A stretch of 64,000 bases of DNA from Macrostomum lignano (taxonomy: Eukaryota), in the NCBI GenBank assembly GCA_002269645.1, contig NIVC01001199.1:62001-126000 (forward strand). Reading direction: 5' to 3'. The first letter of the stretch is position 1. Each line of letters starts with the position of its first letter. The translations under genes and the position numbers were made by a program. Under the pieces are notes generated by a model. That model was not told the DNA's origin, made no database searches, and saw nothing but the letters and a program-made list of their open reading frames with translations. Shown here in pieces: positions 23,343-36,515 of the stretch.

Positions 23343-24199
23343 ATATGATCATTTAAATGGTAAATTTATATATAGGCCTAGATGATTGCAAGACAAAACT
23401 AAAAGAGCTTGTAGGTTTTGAATTATGATCAAACTAGTAGTAGATTTGTATTTGAGAGATTATAAAACAAAATTGACTGGATTACTGTCCTAAATTGAAA
23501 TTGTCACTGTAGAGCACTGAAATGTAGGCATACCTAGTATATTTATGGAAGGGTGTAGCTTATATTCACTTTTGTCATATGATCATTTAAATGGTGAAAT
23601 TATAAGTACATGATTGCAAGATGAAACCAAAAGAGCTTATAGATTTTGACTTACAATCACACTAATAGTAAAATTGTATTAGAGAGATTGTATGACAAAA
23701 TGATAGGAAATTGTTGCTATAATGGATATTTCAATCAAACAATCAATTGTAGCCTCTAATATGTCTGCAAACATTAAATTATAAGATTCATTATAAGATT
23801 CGCAAGCATTGCTTTCTTCCCTCACTTTTGTCATACAATCATCCCTTGGTATAACACATAGGTCCAATGAACTAGGGGGATCGTATAATGAAAGTGAGTG
23901 GGGGCTAGGGGCGGCGTTTGTAAATCTTATAATGAATACAATTTCATTCTTGAACTGCTCCAAAGACTAGCTGTTAAATGTAGACTGGGACTCTATGTCT
24001 ACAGAATGACGATGATCATTTAATATAGCAATTTAGGAAATAGTAATCTATTCACTTTTGTCATATGATCTTTCTAATGCAATTCTACTAATTCAGTGAT
24101 CATAATTCAAAACCTACAAGCTCTTTCAGTTTTGTCTTGTGATCATCTACATATAATTTCACCATTTAAATGATTGTATGACAAAAGTGAATATAAGCT
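23343..24199. mobile_element. Cluster of ~140-bp MITE-like copies: 23343-23470 (+), 23565-23703 (+), 24051-24191 (inverted)
   Basis: The copy at 24051-24191 has perfect 15-bp terminal inverted repeats TTCACTTTTGTCATA...TATGACAAAAGTGAA flanked by TA. Its reverse complement aligns with 23555-23703, and a partial copy lies at 23343. Homology extends about 10 bp past the TIR, so the true ends are uncertain. Confidence 0.55.
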
Positions 24200-27100
24200 A
24201 CATGCTTTCATAACTCTGCTATGCCTACAATCCTCAAGTTGACTGAAAAGTAAGTTGCAGTAATGAATTAGGTTGACTGTAAAGTGAGTTGCAATGATTT
24301 TTTCTTGAAAAATAAATGTGAAACATACTTTTTTTTATAAACTAGAGTGTCTTTTCGACTCTTTTATAATGGGGATCATAAGACAAAACTTGACCTGCTC
24401 AGGGATTGTAAAATGAAAGAATGCCCCTACACCTATAGGCTATGGTGCGAAACTAGATTGCCTAAATAAGATATTCTATAAATATAGTAAAACAGTAAGT
24501 TGGTCCTACTTTTACTTGCATACACACTAACAATAATATACATTTTACCAAAGGAACATGCCAGGCCCAGGCCTCCTGGACTTGCAGCTTGCAGCTAATT
24601 GTACATCTATATAGGCAAATGACAATTATGACACATAATGGTTAGGCCTACCAAGATGTGGCCATGGGCAACATTTTAGACATCTTGCTTATTCAATTTT
24701 CTGAGTATATGGACACCAAACTTGGTACCTTGGTTACAAGGCGATGTACTTTACTTAATAAGTTAATATATAGCATAAGTGTGTAGCCTATAAAACGGCT
24801 GCCTGTGCTGTGCACACAACTAACAAAGTAGGCCTGGGTTGGTACTGGTACTGGTACGTCATTAAACTGTTTAAAATGACAAAAAATGGTGGCATTTGTC
24901 GCACCCCAGAAAATAAGACTAACACATGAATGTTTGTCAAGGTGCTGGAGCAGGTATACTAGAAAAGTAAAATTTATTTAAGTTCAACAGCTTTTTGCTT
25001 GGCTGCAGTGAACTGTGAGTGTGAGTGTGAGTGTGACGTTGAACAGGTTAGAAAGATAGTTAGAGGTCCGGGTTGGAGGGTTAGAGTAGTACTATTTTAC
25101 AGCACTATTTTACTGTTCGCGCCGGGTTAGAGCTACGGTGCGAATTCGTCGTCATTGTGCAAATCAAATTGTGAATTACACATAAAAAATAAATCCAATC
25201 AGTAATAAAATATAGCTCAAAAGAATTAATTTTAATGAGTTTTAGACACAATTGAAAATCTTGCGATTAACACACAAAGTACATTTGTTTATTTGTAAAT
25301 TGTACCGTGAGCATAACTGGCGGAAGGCTAACTCGCAGTAAAAGAAAAGAATTAGGTCTAATGTGCATATTTATTTACTCAATTCATTTCATTATACTCA
25401 CCCATTGAATAGAGCACATCGCATTCCAGCACTTATGTGTCCTTGCTTATTTATCAAACTCGAATTAAAACCATTGTCTTATTGGTCATGCAGCTATATA
25501 TTTTGCAGCTAGCATTGACTGATTTGCAGTGACAAAATTTAACCTCCACCTAATACCCAGCAATGCCAGCAATTTTAGTCTCAGACTAAGGTCGACTTTG
25601 AAATCTGCATTTAAGTACTTAGCCATGTATATATAGTCTTTTATTCCTTAAATTCCTTAAATCAAACAAGGATATATGCAGCTAAGGTGGATATCTCTGA
25701 TCTCTGATCGATCATGAGCTGTGACCAATGACCATGCAAAGGCCAGGCCTGCTATGGCGGGGCTCATTTTCTAATAAGCCCCGCAGCTATTAATACTCTC
25801 CAATCCACGAGTTATAATAAATTGGTACTTTTTACGCATGCATGCAAGAACGGGACACCTGATATTGCATATGAATCGATATATTACGATCCAAATTTGA
25901 AACGTGTCATCAGATCAATGTGCTCGATCATGCATTAAACTCCAAAGGCGCGCGTTTTGTCTTGTAATTAGTGTGTAGTGCTACTAAAAACAAGTGTTTT
26001 GGAATACGCGTATCTGTGTTTGAGCTGACCATTTTCTTACATTTACATGTACATCAATCTCATTAACAAAAAACCAAGGAATATACAGTGGTCCTTAAAA
26101 ATGGATGTTCACTGTTTTCAGGCTTAGTATACATCATACTTTTGAATTAAAAATGTTGATAAATTTTACATTAGACGTAGTGCAGCTCAAAAGTTAGCCT
26201 TTTATAGTTTAGCCCAGCCAGCTGTGCGTATGATACATGCACATGTACAGGTAGCTTTACTAACGCAGAAAAAAGCAGACTGGTTCCCTTTGGAAAAATC
26301 TATCAAAAAGTCAGCGGACATTATACTCGTACACGTACATTTACCTTTGGAATTCATCATTGATTGCTCGATCAATCCTTACTGTAGAAAGTTACATGTA
26401 TGATGTACCAATAAAATGATTTACATGTACATGGTTGTTGTGTACATGTATGAAACAGTTCTATATACACGGACAGCGAAATCGACTGAAGCTTCCGGCG
26501 TTTGTTTGACGTTTCTGGCAAATGGGTACTTTTTACAGTAACGCCGACGTTTCGGCCGACAATGTCGTTTTGCGTCGGTGAACTGTAAAGATACCCTGCA
26601 CCTGGCATCTGCCACCCGACGTTGGCGGATGATGAATTTTTCACGGGGATACATGTAAACGCACTTATTTAGGCTTATACAGATACTACTTCAACTCTTC
26701 AAGTGGGTGATTGTGAGTAGTAGTGTTGTATAGTCAGTCTACTAATAAATTTTTATTCTTCAAACTCATGCAATTTAGTATTTAATTAACCATCTATTCG
26801 CTTTGCTCAATGTGCGCACTTACTGTTTCTTAGTCAAAAATAGCTCAGTTTGAGAGCTGTGCAGCACTTTTTTTAAAACGCTGCATCGAGCCCACCCACA
26901 CTATGCATTTAAAAAAAGTAAGCGTGCACACACACAATGAAACTGGGCAAATAACAATGCTCCGTCTTGGATAGTTGGAACAGAAATTAGAAATACGAAA
27001 GGCGTAGCTGCTTCCTGTTTCGAGTGGGGGCGAAAAATAATATAAGAAGTAGAATGGCATGCTATGTATGGCTTGCAGAGGTCCAGATTGAGCCTTACCC

Positions 27101-27433
27101 TAGCCAGCACACGAACAGGCCAAAGTATGCGGCTATGCAAATTAATACGCGAATGCAGCTCATAACTATAGAACAACGCAGTTCGCATCGGATGCCTGTG
27201 TGAGCCAGCTGCAGGGGTGCAGCCAGGATTCTTCATCTCTCCGTGCATCTATACTCGTGTTGGACAGGGCCGCGGTAAAGAGTAAATAAAAGTTGTAAAG
27301 CCTTAGTTCGGAAAGGGCCGCGTCGACGTAAAAAAACCCGACTCGATTTGAATTATCAAAGATTAGCAAAATAAAATTATCTTTGGTGCCGATCGTGGCG
27401 CACTCACCAATTAAGTTGAGCATCTGAGCGGCA

Positions 27434-28873
27434 ATGGAATTTGTAACTAACTTTCGTACTCTTTCGTACGTCAATTACATCGGCGTTGACGATTTCTCCG
27501 ATCGTCTGAGCTACCAGATTAGCAGCAGCATCCTGACCGTGCTGGGCATACTGGTGACAGCGCGTACCTACGCTATGATGCCGATCGCCTGCTACATACC
27601 GCAGGGATTCGGCTTTGAGAAAGGCGGCCAGCTGGACTTTGTGGATCAATACTGTCTGACAGAGGGCACTTACGCTGTTGATGTCAGGCATTTCCATCTT
27701 CATAGCGAACGAAACGATGGCGGGCTGAGCGCCTATGCGGAGCATAAAATCTACTACTACCAGTGGGTGCCTCTTGTGCTCGGCTTCCAGGCTGTGCTGT
27801 GCTGCCTGCCCCGCCTGGTCTGGCGCATGGTCAGCTTCGACCGGGCCGGCACTGACGTCGGGCGAATCGTCAAGCTGGCCAAGGACGCCTCGGAGGACTC
27901 TAGCGGCGGCCTGACGCGCAGGCGGATGGTCACGCATATTGCCAGGTTAATCGAGAGGATGATCAAACGACGCCTGCCACCGAAGAAAGAGGAAAGTGGA
28001 CAGTTAGACGCCCGGGCGCGCCTAATTGTGGCCTGGCGCACGTTCAGTCGCATGAAGCCATCGCAGCTTAGTGGAAACTACCTGATTATTACCTATCTGC
28101 TAATCAAGTTTGCCTACCTGTTGAACGCCGTAGGCCAGTTGCTTACAATGAAAGAGTTTCTACAATTGAACTCCACGCGCTACACGATGCCTGGAATTGA
28201 TCTACTCAGAGAGGTGCTGGCCGACATCGACTGGCAGAACACCATGGTGTTCCCTCGAGTGGGCGCCTGCGCCGTGAAGATGCGCTCCGCCGCTGGAGTC
28301 AACTGGCTGTACGCCCAGTGCGCCCTGCCGGTCAACATGATCAACGAGAAGATTTACGTATTTCTGTGGTTCTGGTTCTTCGTGGTCGCCGTGGTAACAA
28401 TAGTGAGCGCATTCGGCTGGCTCTACCGTCTGGCCTGGCGCTTCAGCCTGATTAACTTTGTCAAGGACTACCTGCGTCTTGCGGACAACTATAGCGAACT
28501 AAAATCTAAAAAGCATTTGATGCACAAGTTTGTTAAGCGGTATTTGAGTCGCGACGGTGCCTTCTTAATGAAAATGATTGCGCTCAACTGCGGTGATATG
28601 GTCTGCGCAGACGTGGTCAACGCTATGTGGGAGAGCTTTCTGTTGCGCGAGAAACTTGGCGACGCCTCGAATTCACCAGAGTTGCCCGGACTGCTGGCTC
28701 TGAACTGCCACGGGCTGCCCGCTTCCAACTGCGTGAATAGGCGCAGAAAAATGCTGAGGTGGCAGAAGAGCGCACCGGAGTCAAATCAACCACCAGTGGA
28801 CTTGGACGAGCTGACTGAGCACGCCGCGGAGCTGGAGCAGTGCCGGAAGGAGGGCCGCGAGATCGACCCCTGA
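27434..28873 (+). CDS. inx: Innexin (invertebrate gap-junction protein), single exon, 479 aa
   Basis: N-terminal DDFSDRL; extracellular-loop cysteines (IACYIP...DQYCL; FPRVGAC...AQCALPVNMINEKIYVFLWFWF); YYQWVP signature; four hydrophobic segments. Confidence 0.97.
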   Translation: MEFVTNFRTLSYVNYIGVDDFSDRLSYQISSSILTVLGILVTARTYAMMPIACYIPQGFGFEKGGQLDFVDQYCLTEGTYAVDVRHFHLHSERNDGGLSAYAEHKIYYYQWVPLVLGFQAVLCCLPRLVWRMVSFDRAGTDVGRIVKLAKDASEDSSGGLTRRRMVTHIARLIERMIKRRLPPKKEESGQLDARARLIVAWRTFSRMKPSQLSGNYLIITYLLIKFAYLLNAVGQLLTMKEFLQLNSTRYTMPGIDLLREVLADIDWQNTMVFPRVGACAVKMRSAAGVNWLYAQCALPVNMINEKIYVFLWFWFFVVAVVTIVSAFGWLYRLAWRFSLINFVKDYLRLADNYSELKSKKHLMHKFVKRYLSRDGAFLMKMIALNCGDMVCADVVNAMWESFLLREKLGDASNSPELPGLLALNCHGLPASNCVNRRRKMLRWQKSAPESNQPPVDLDELTEHAAELEQCRKEGREIDP

Positions 28874-30708
28874 TACCTGGGTCGCTGTTGCCACGCCGAA
28901 TCCTGTGTGCTTTGATATGAGTCAGGTTTCAGTTCTATTGACTTTTGACCAAGCAACTTTAAAACTCTTCGTGTCTTTTCGTTGCACATTTAACCGTTTT
29001 TCTATGTAATTTTACCATACTTGGGTTTCACTAATTACCAAGCGCCAAACCAGCACGCAACTGACCCTGTCTGTCTTTCAACTTGACAGCTTAAATTATT
29101 ATTCTCGTTTTATCCTTGTGATCTATTTAGGCATGGATGATCCTCGTTTTTACTTTTATTATGTTTCTCGTATATATTTCAAGTTTTTTTCATTTTTAAA
29201 CCAGAAATCGCATTCCAATTGGTAATGACGACAATTATAAAAATAATTGTACCAATCAATACTTCAAATACTATTTACCTAAAATAACGTCCTTTTGAAT
29301 CGCGGTCATCAAATGAACTTTAATTTCGTAGAATCACACGATTTTTACATTAATTTCATTCCTTTATACATCAATCGTGTGATTTGATAGCGATGTGAAG
29401 ACTCTAAACAAACAATGTGACCATCGTTTAGGTTGTGCAGTGACCATTGTTTAGGTTGTGACCGTTTTTTTAGTTTGTGACCATTTGTTACGAGCTACAG
29501 CCTCCAATACTGCGTTTCCATTGTATTACGATTGAAGTTATGAAAGAAGTATGAATATATGTTTCAAATATCCTTTGCTAAATAAATGTTATAGTAGCGA
29601 TTGTACATTCCAATTGCTAGCCACTATAAAGATTAATATAACACCTATAACAGAAAGTTTAACACAAAATATCTGTTAAACACTGTGGTTCATGCTTACA
29701 CACCTATATGCACTTTATAAAATGGCATAAATTGCTGCGACCCATTTTCTGTGCAAGCCATGTTAATATAGAAAAATTCAGAATCGAAACATTTCCTCGT
29801 CAGGTAGATTAGCACTTTGTTCTGTGTTCTAAAAGAATGCTTCAGTGTTCCAATGTTTGCTGTTGGGCTATAGTACGCGGTCGTCCCGGTTGCGTACGAT
29901 ATTGGGTGGCGTTGGAATGTGCGATGTGCGCGCAACGCATGCAGCAACTGCCAGCTGCAGCATCAACAAAAATCTCATTCGCTGCAGACGTTACGAGCTT
30001 ATAGACAACCGCCTTGACAACCTTGAAAGCGCGCTCGAATCGCTCCCACCCCCTACCCTTCTGGACTAGAGCGTAGATTCCCTCTGGCACACTTTCTTCC
30101 CCAGTCGCATCCCATTCCTGTGTTTCGAATAAGGCCGTTTTGCTAAACCCGATCAATAATTTTGCAGATGGAGCGTATAGGGGCGATGGGGGCCAGAGAA
30201 AGGAACGAGCTAAACAGTGTTTGTCCGTGGTCTGCAGGAGAGGTACCGATTGGCGTGAAGGCTACGCCATTGTCTACTAGATGGGGGGAAGAATCCCCTT
30301 CAGCCTTTGGTCCTGCCTCCGACTTTCGCCGCTACCCCCCAAGCCATTCTAGGATCGGAAATAAAAGGAGGGGTTTGAGGGGCGAACCGTTCCCTCGGTG
30401 GTTGCAGTGCCGCTGGTTGATACTTTGTAGGATTTCTCATTCTCGGCTTGAAAACAAGGTGAGTATAAGTATTGCATATTCAACTAAATATTTAATGTGG
30501 GTTACTCTCTAGCAAATATAAATATAAAAGAGCCACTGTACATGTACATACAAGACTGTGTTAAACGTATTAATCCAGGACTTGCCCTTACACAAATCAT
30601 TCCTGGATAGTCGTTTGTCCACGTGACCTACGCTCGTATTATTCTTATAGATTTCTCAGTTTGCCTAATAAAACTTGCACCAATCGAAAATTCCATTGGA
30701 GGGAGCAG

Positions 30709-32234
30709 ATGGAGGACGTGCGGAACGACCAGGGCGGCAATTTCAGCTGCACCAGCTGCAGCAAGGCGCTCACCGGGCAGCGCTACATCCTGCGCGAGGA
30801 GAAGCCGCACTGCATTCAGTGCTACGAGCAGGTGTTCGCTAACAGCTGCGAACAATGCAAGGAGAAGATTGGCTGCGATTCCAAGGTAAGCTGGATGGTA
30901 ACATGTAATATTGACTTATCAAAAAACAGTAAACGCAAATTGCATGTACCTGTATGAGTAGTCGGAGCGACGTTTTTTTAGTAAAGGTTCTTCTTTAGAA
31001 GCTTTTCAAAAGGACCGTACTACTGTAGTATAACAGTACGTGAAACTCAAAGATCGTGTAATTTTTACACCTTCTTTACACCTTTGACACTGGAATGGAG
31101 ATTAGTAGGCTATTGTGTCCGTTAAGTTTCGGCTTAGTTCCCATTGCTAAGTATAAGCGGATTCCCGTCCTCTCCAGGACCTGTCGTACAAGGACCGGCA
31201 CTGGCACGAGCGCTGCTTCAAGTGCTCCTCCTGCCAGGGCAGCCTGGTTGACAAGCCCTTCGCCACTAAAGACGACGCGTTGTTCTGTTCAAATTGTCAC
31301 GACGAAAAATACGCCGCCCGTTGCGACGGCTGCGGCAAACGTTTAACGCCGGGATTCGCAAGTACGAATACCACGGCAAGCAGTGGCACGAGGACTGCTT
31401 CCTGTGCAAGGAGTGCCGAGAACCAATTGGCAGCCGTTCGTTCATCCCGCGCGACCAAGAGGTCTGCTGCGTGCCCTGCTACGAGCAGAAGTACGCGCAG
31501 AAGTGCCGCAAATGCGAGCAGGCTATTAAACGCGGCGGAGTCACGTACAAAGGCGAGCCCTACCACAAGGAGTGCCTGGTGTGCGGCAACTGCAACGGGC
31601 AGCTGGCTGGAGTGAAGTTCACCAGCAAGGAGAACAAGCCCTACTGTGCCGAATGCTACGGCCAACTATTTGCTAAGAAGTGCTGTCGCTGCACCCAGCC
31701 AATCACGGGTCAGTCAGTGCGCTAACCTGGGTTACGACCAGTAGTATTATTAGGACATTGAAGCTTGAGAAAGGAAATGACGAGACCAATCTTGCCAATT
31801 TAACTCTTGTTTTCCATTAGTAAATTGCATCGAATTAAGGTTTTAATACGGAAAGTCAATTGGGCAGAGAAGCTCAGCAGAAAAACTTCTGATTCTCGCG
31901 ACGCGACCCATGCTTCGATTCCGTGCAAGAAAATTGGCCGGGGAGTTGTCATGATTTACACCCAAGAGGGCCAACCCCCTAGGCACAGAGTGTACAGCCT
32001 GACGATGAGAAAGTCCGGGCCGCTGTACACCCTGTGTGAGCGTGTGTACAGTACTAAATAGAGAAATTCTGAACACATTCAAACCTAGGCTTCGGTGGCT
32101 GCAAGTTCATCTCGTTCGAGGACAGGCACTGGCACTCGGACTGCTTCGTGTGCTACAAGTGCTCAGTGAACCTGGTCGGCCGCGGCTTCCTAACAGACGG
32201 CGATGAAATTCTGTGTCCGGAGTGCGGCCGCTGA
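30709..32234 (+). CDS. FHL2: Four-and-a-half LIM domain protein (FHL2/Limpet-like); exons 30709-30885, 31178-31708, 32089-32234; 1-nt deletion at 31337-31339
   Basis: A half LIM (FSCTSC...GQRYILREEKPHCIQCY) plus four LIM domains (KDLSYKDRHWHERCF, KYEYHGKQWHEDCF, TYKGEPYHKECL, FISFEDRHWHSDCF...CPEC). Canonical splice sites. Exon 2 changes frame at GGC AAA CGT; adding one A restores GKTFNAGIRK and gives 284 aa. Further 5' (PET-domain) exons cannot be excluded. Confidence 0.92.
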
Positions 32235-33498
32235 GTCTCGTATTTAGGATACGGGGAGGAAGCCAGAAAGCACACGATGGCGAATGTCCTAATTCAACTA
32301 CTTACTCACAGCTGCAGTAGTATAGCTTGGTTATTTATGAACGCACAGTCGCCAATAGGCTTCAACAGCAGCAGTAGAATTACACAGATTTTTTGTTAAA
32401 AAATTTCAACTTTGAAACATCAATTGATGCACAAAAGAAACGAAAAAGACGCAAGATTTTATATGCTACTAATGCATCAATAGTTGGCTTAAACGCATTG
32501 ATCCATTCGATTGATAATCATTATTTTCTTTTTTAGCCACTTCTCTCCCTTTATATATAAAATATTTATGCTTAACTTTAACAGCTAAACAAAGCTTATA
32601 TAGCCTTTATAAAAACCCATCTAATAACTTAACAAATACACACAATTTATATTCTATTGTTATAAATTCACTCATTGGACAAAACGATAATTTGCGAATC
32701 AATTATTTATAAACGCAAACGAAACACTTCAGACGCAGTTATTTAACTTTTTTTTCATTAAAAGCGATTTATATATTTATTATACTGAAATAAAATAAGT
32801 ACAGCGCAAATAATGAACAGAAACAGCCAATGTAAAAAACATTATATTTACAATTCATAAAAGAAATCATAACACAATTTGCACTGAAATAATAATAATA
32901 ACAATATTAGTTTTAAATAAAAACAAAATTAAAATTAATTCAGCCACGCACCAATCCTACTAATAGTAGAGGAAAAGCGTGTAAACAAATCCTATTTATA
33001 TCTGTTATAAAATAAAAGCAGCGTTATTAAGATGAGAAGTTTAAATCGAAATCAATTATTTCTACATAACAGACAAAAAAAACAAATTTGATACATCGAT
33101 TTTCATAACTTTTGTTGAGACATCTGGACACCAAATTTGGATATAGGGACTGAATAGGAATGGAGCAGCTTACTAGTTTATAAGCCTATTAATTTATCTT
33201 ATTAGGATTTCTATTGAAAATATATAATGGGATTTTAATTCAGACTATATAATGGGATTTCAATTCAGATTACATCAACGGGGTTTTAATTCAGAATATT
33301 GGGTGGGGATCTCTATAAGGATATTTTCTACGTAATTGTAGGACTATATATATATATATACTATAATATAATTACTAACTGAAAAACATTACGAGTATAC
33401 CTTTGGCCTCTGATAAATTAGGCGCGTTACTAATGTACTAAGAAAACAAATGTACTTTTATCCTTATAATCAATTTCGTCTTCTCCTTTGTTGACGCA

Positions 33499-35610
33499 CT
33501 AAAAGTCGTCCTGGGCTTTCGCATTTTTATAATAGGTCGTTAGTTCCATATTAAGCGCAGAGCCCTCTTCTCGCATGATGGCGTCAAGATCCCTGTCCAG
33601 CCTGGCCTTCTCCTCCGCCGGCTTCTCCTCGATGATGTAATCGGGCATTGCGCTGGCGGCTCTCGCTGCACCGGCCGGCCGGTTGAAGCCTCTTCCGCCG
33701 CGGCCTCGGCGAGATGGGCCGCCTTGCCGAACGCCGCGGCTGACGCCGTAACGGCGCTGGGGTGAGTAGCCGCCGACGTTGCCAGGATAACCCGCTGGTT
33801 GGTTTCTATACTGTCGGTTAAGTCGATTACTGTTGACAAACTCAACTGTGTTTCTGTAAATCCAATTATTAATTTGAGGCATAAGTAAACTGAATCTAGC
33901 TAGTACAAGTACTAGCATCCCATGGCTCTGAGATCCTCACTCACCGATCCCATCGCTCTCAGATCCTCACTCACCGATCCCATCTCTCTCAGATCCTCAC
34001 TCACCGATCCCATTGCTCTGAGATCCTCACTCACCGATCCCATCGCTCTCAGATCCTCACTCACCGATCCCATCGCTCTCAGATCCTCACTCACCGATCC
34101 CATCGCTCTCAGATCCTCACTCACCGATCCCATCGCTCTCAGATCCTCACTCACCGATTCCATGGCTCTGAGATCCTAGCTCACTGATAGATCCCATAAC
34201 TCTTAGATCCTCACTTCAAGATACCGCAGCTCTGAGATCCCATATTCCTAGACTCGGCCTGAGATCCCATATTCCCACAGTCGGCCTGAGATCCCATATT
34301 CCCAGACTCGGCCTGAGATCCCATATTCCCTGACTCGGCCTGAGATCCCATATTCCCAGACTCGGCTTGAGATCCCATATTCCCACAGTCGGCCTGAGAT
34401 CCCATATTTCCAGACTCGGCCTGAGATCCCATATTCCCACAGTCGGCCTGAGATCCCATATTCCCAGACTCGACCTGAGATCCCATATTCCAAGACTCGG
34501 CCTGAGATCCCATTTCCCAGACTCGGCCTGAGATCCCATATTCCCTGACTCGGCCTGAGATCCCATATTCCCACAGTCGGCCTGAGATCCCATATTCCCA
34601 GACTCGGCCTGAGATCCCATATTCCCTGACTCGGCCTGAGATCCCATATTCCCAGACTCGGCTTGAGATCCCATATTCCCACAGTCGGCCTGAGATCCCA
34701 TATTTCCAGACTCGGCCTGAGATCCCATATTCCCACAGTCGGCCTGAGATCCCATATTCCCAGACTCGACCTGAGATCCCATATTCCAAGACTCGGCCTG
34801 AGATCCCATTTCCCAGACTCGGCCTGAGATCCCATATTCCCTGACTCGGCCTGAGATCCCATATTCCCACAGTCGGCCTGAGATCCCATATTCCCAGACT
34901 CGGCCTGAGATCCCATATTCCCTGACTCGGCCTGAGATCCCATATTCCCAGACTCGGCTTGAGATCCCATATTCCCACAGTCGGCCTGAGATCCCATATT
35001 TCCAGACTCGGCCTGAGATCCCATATTCCCACAGTCGGCCTGAGATCCCATATTCCCAGACTCGACCTGAGATCCCATATTCCCTGACTCGGCCTGAGAT
35101 CCCATATTCCCTGACTCGGCCTGAGATCCCATTTCCCAGACTCGGCCTGAGATCCCATATTCCCTGACTCGGCCTGAGATCCCATATTCCCTGACTCGGC
35201 CTGAGATCCCATATTCCCAGACTCGACCTGAGATCCCATATTCCAAGACTCGGCCTGAGATCCCATTTCCCAGACTCGGCCTGAGATCCCATATTCCCTC
35301 AGTCGCTCACCTGCCAACTCGGAATGCATGGCTTCGCCGGTTCGGGCCTCCCCTGCCAACAGCGCCGGCAGGGCTGCTAGCGGGAAACTGTGCTGCCCGC
35401 GCCGAAGGCACGACCACTACCTCTCGCTCTCGAAACGGCCGTTCAATTCGACCCTGAAGGACCCCCCGCAGTCGGTCATTCATCGCACCTTCGTACCGAT
35501 TGCCACCGCCACCTCTATTACGGCCGGATGGAGCGCCTCTGCGCATGTCGTAAGGCCGACGTCTGGGCAGATGACCGCCACCTCTCTGGTACTGCAGGCC
35601 TGTGAATCTG
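33499..35610 (-). CDS. CHTOP: CHTOP/Fop-like RGG-rich mRNA export/chromatin protein; exons from about 35610 to 35311 and 33853-33499; 5' start not located
   Basis: RG/RGG-rich body. The C-terminal duplicated motif KARLDRDLDAIMREEGSALNMELTTYY resembles CHTOP [27 protein letters not shown] (FoP duplication). Donor AG|gtgagc at 35311 and acceptor tacag|A at 33853 match in phase. Confidence 0.75.
33917..34180. repeat. 30-bp minisatellite (AGATCCTCACTCACCGATCCCATCGCTCTC) in the CHTOP intron
   Basis: About 8.5 near-exact copies. Confidence 0.95.
34215..35298. repeat. 27-bp minisatellite (CTGAGATCCCATATTCCCAGACTCGGC) with ~11-unit higher-order blocks, in the CHTOP intron
   Basis: Period of 27 read directly; the variant order recurs at a spacing of about 297 bp. 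Confidence 0.95.
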
Positions 35611-36322
35611 GGCAAACAGCATGACAATTTTTAAATGCTTCTAAGCGCGTGTATTAGGGTATAGTTTTTTCATATTTAGAAAAGCAACAGACCCAAATAG
35701 ACTAACCAATGGAACAGAACGATAGGTTTCGGCGGGAAACGATGCAGCTTTGTATCATCATACTACTACCAGTAGTTTTTCGTAAGTAGAAATGTTGAAG
35801 AACGATAAAAGAAAATGAAATGCTTCGTTAGGAGACATGAAATAGCCCATTTTTTGCTTCTCAAAGCCTAAAATAATTCCCTTTTTATGTCTCTAAAAGT
35901 AGTTATTTGCAAATTATACATGGCACCACTATTAAAATCACCTGTCATTCAGAGTAATTGGCGTTGCATCAAGAATGTGAATTTTCGCTGGAAGTTTCAT
36001 ATCTTCTTTATAACCTGGAAGAGTGTTGAAAATTTGAACTTGAAGAACTGCTTATAATGAAGCAATATCGAAATAATATAAAAACATTTTCTATGAGTCA
36101 AGAAAGCAGTGACAATGACATAGCTGAGAAGGTAATGAATGGCTTGAATAGGAATTAGAAGTTGAAAAATTGCAGATAACCATTTAATTGTATTTTCAGA
36201 CTTTTAGACAGGGGAACTTCTGATGGATTTTTTGCTGCTGCTCAAAGCCACGTAGACAAAGATTGGCAAGTGAAAAATTGCTTGTTAGTTAAGCACAGCA
36301 GCTTGTCAGAATGTCGGATTCT

Positions 36323-36515
36323 ACCATTGTCAAGATTCTGCACCAGCACCTCGGCATGAGGAAGCTGTCCGCTTGTTGGGTTCCCCATCAGTTCAGTGCT
36401 AACCAGATGCGAGCCAGGTTTGACGGAGGCTACTCAAAGTAAGTGGACAAAATCCTCATTGGCAACGAAACCTGGGTCGACTTCTATGGCCCAGAGACCA
36501 AGGAGTCGATCTCAG
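36323..36515 (+). mobile_element. Decayed mariner (Tc1/mariner) transposase fragment
   Basis: Translates in one frame as TIVKILHQHLGMRKLSACWVPHQFSANQMRARF...*VDKILIGNETWVDFYGPETKES. This matches mariner LHEHLGMRKVSARWVPHQL...RIVTGDETWVYHYDPETK. It has an internal stop, and the first catalytic D is changed to N. Confidence 0.85.

Noticed and set aside
29696-30512. Several 75-116 aa ORFs between innexin and FHL2
   Set aside because: No recognisable domain (no PET motif), so not called.
34211-35359. 332-382 aa ORFs (MGSQAESG/WDLRPS repeats) and ORFs at 33912-34179
   Set aside because: Intronic 27- and 30-bp minisatellites with lengths divisible by 3; they lie inside the CHTOP intron.
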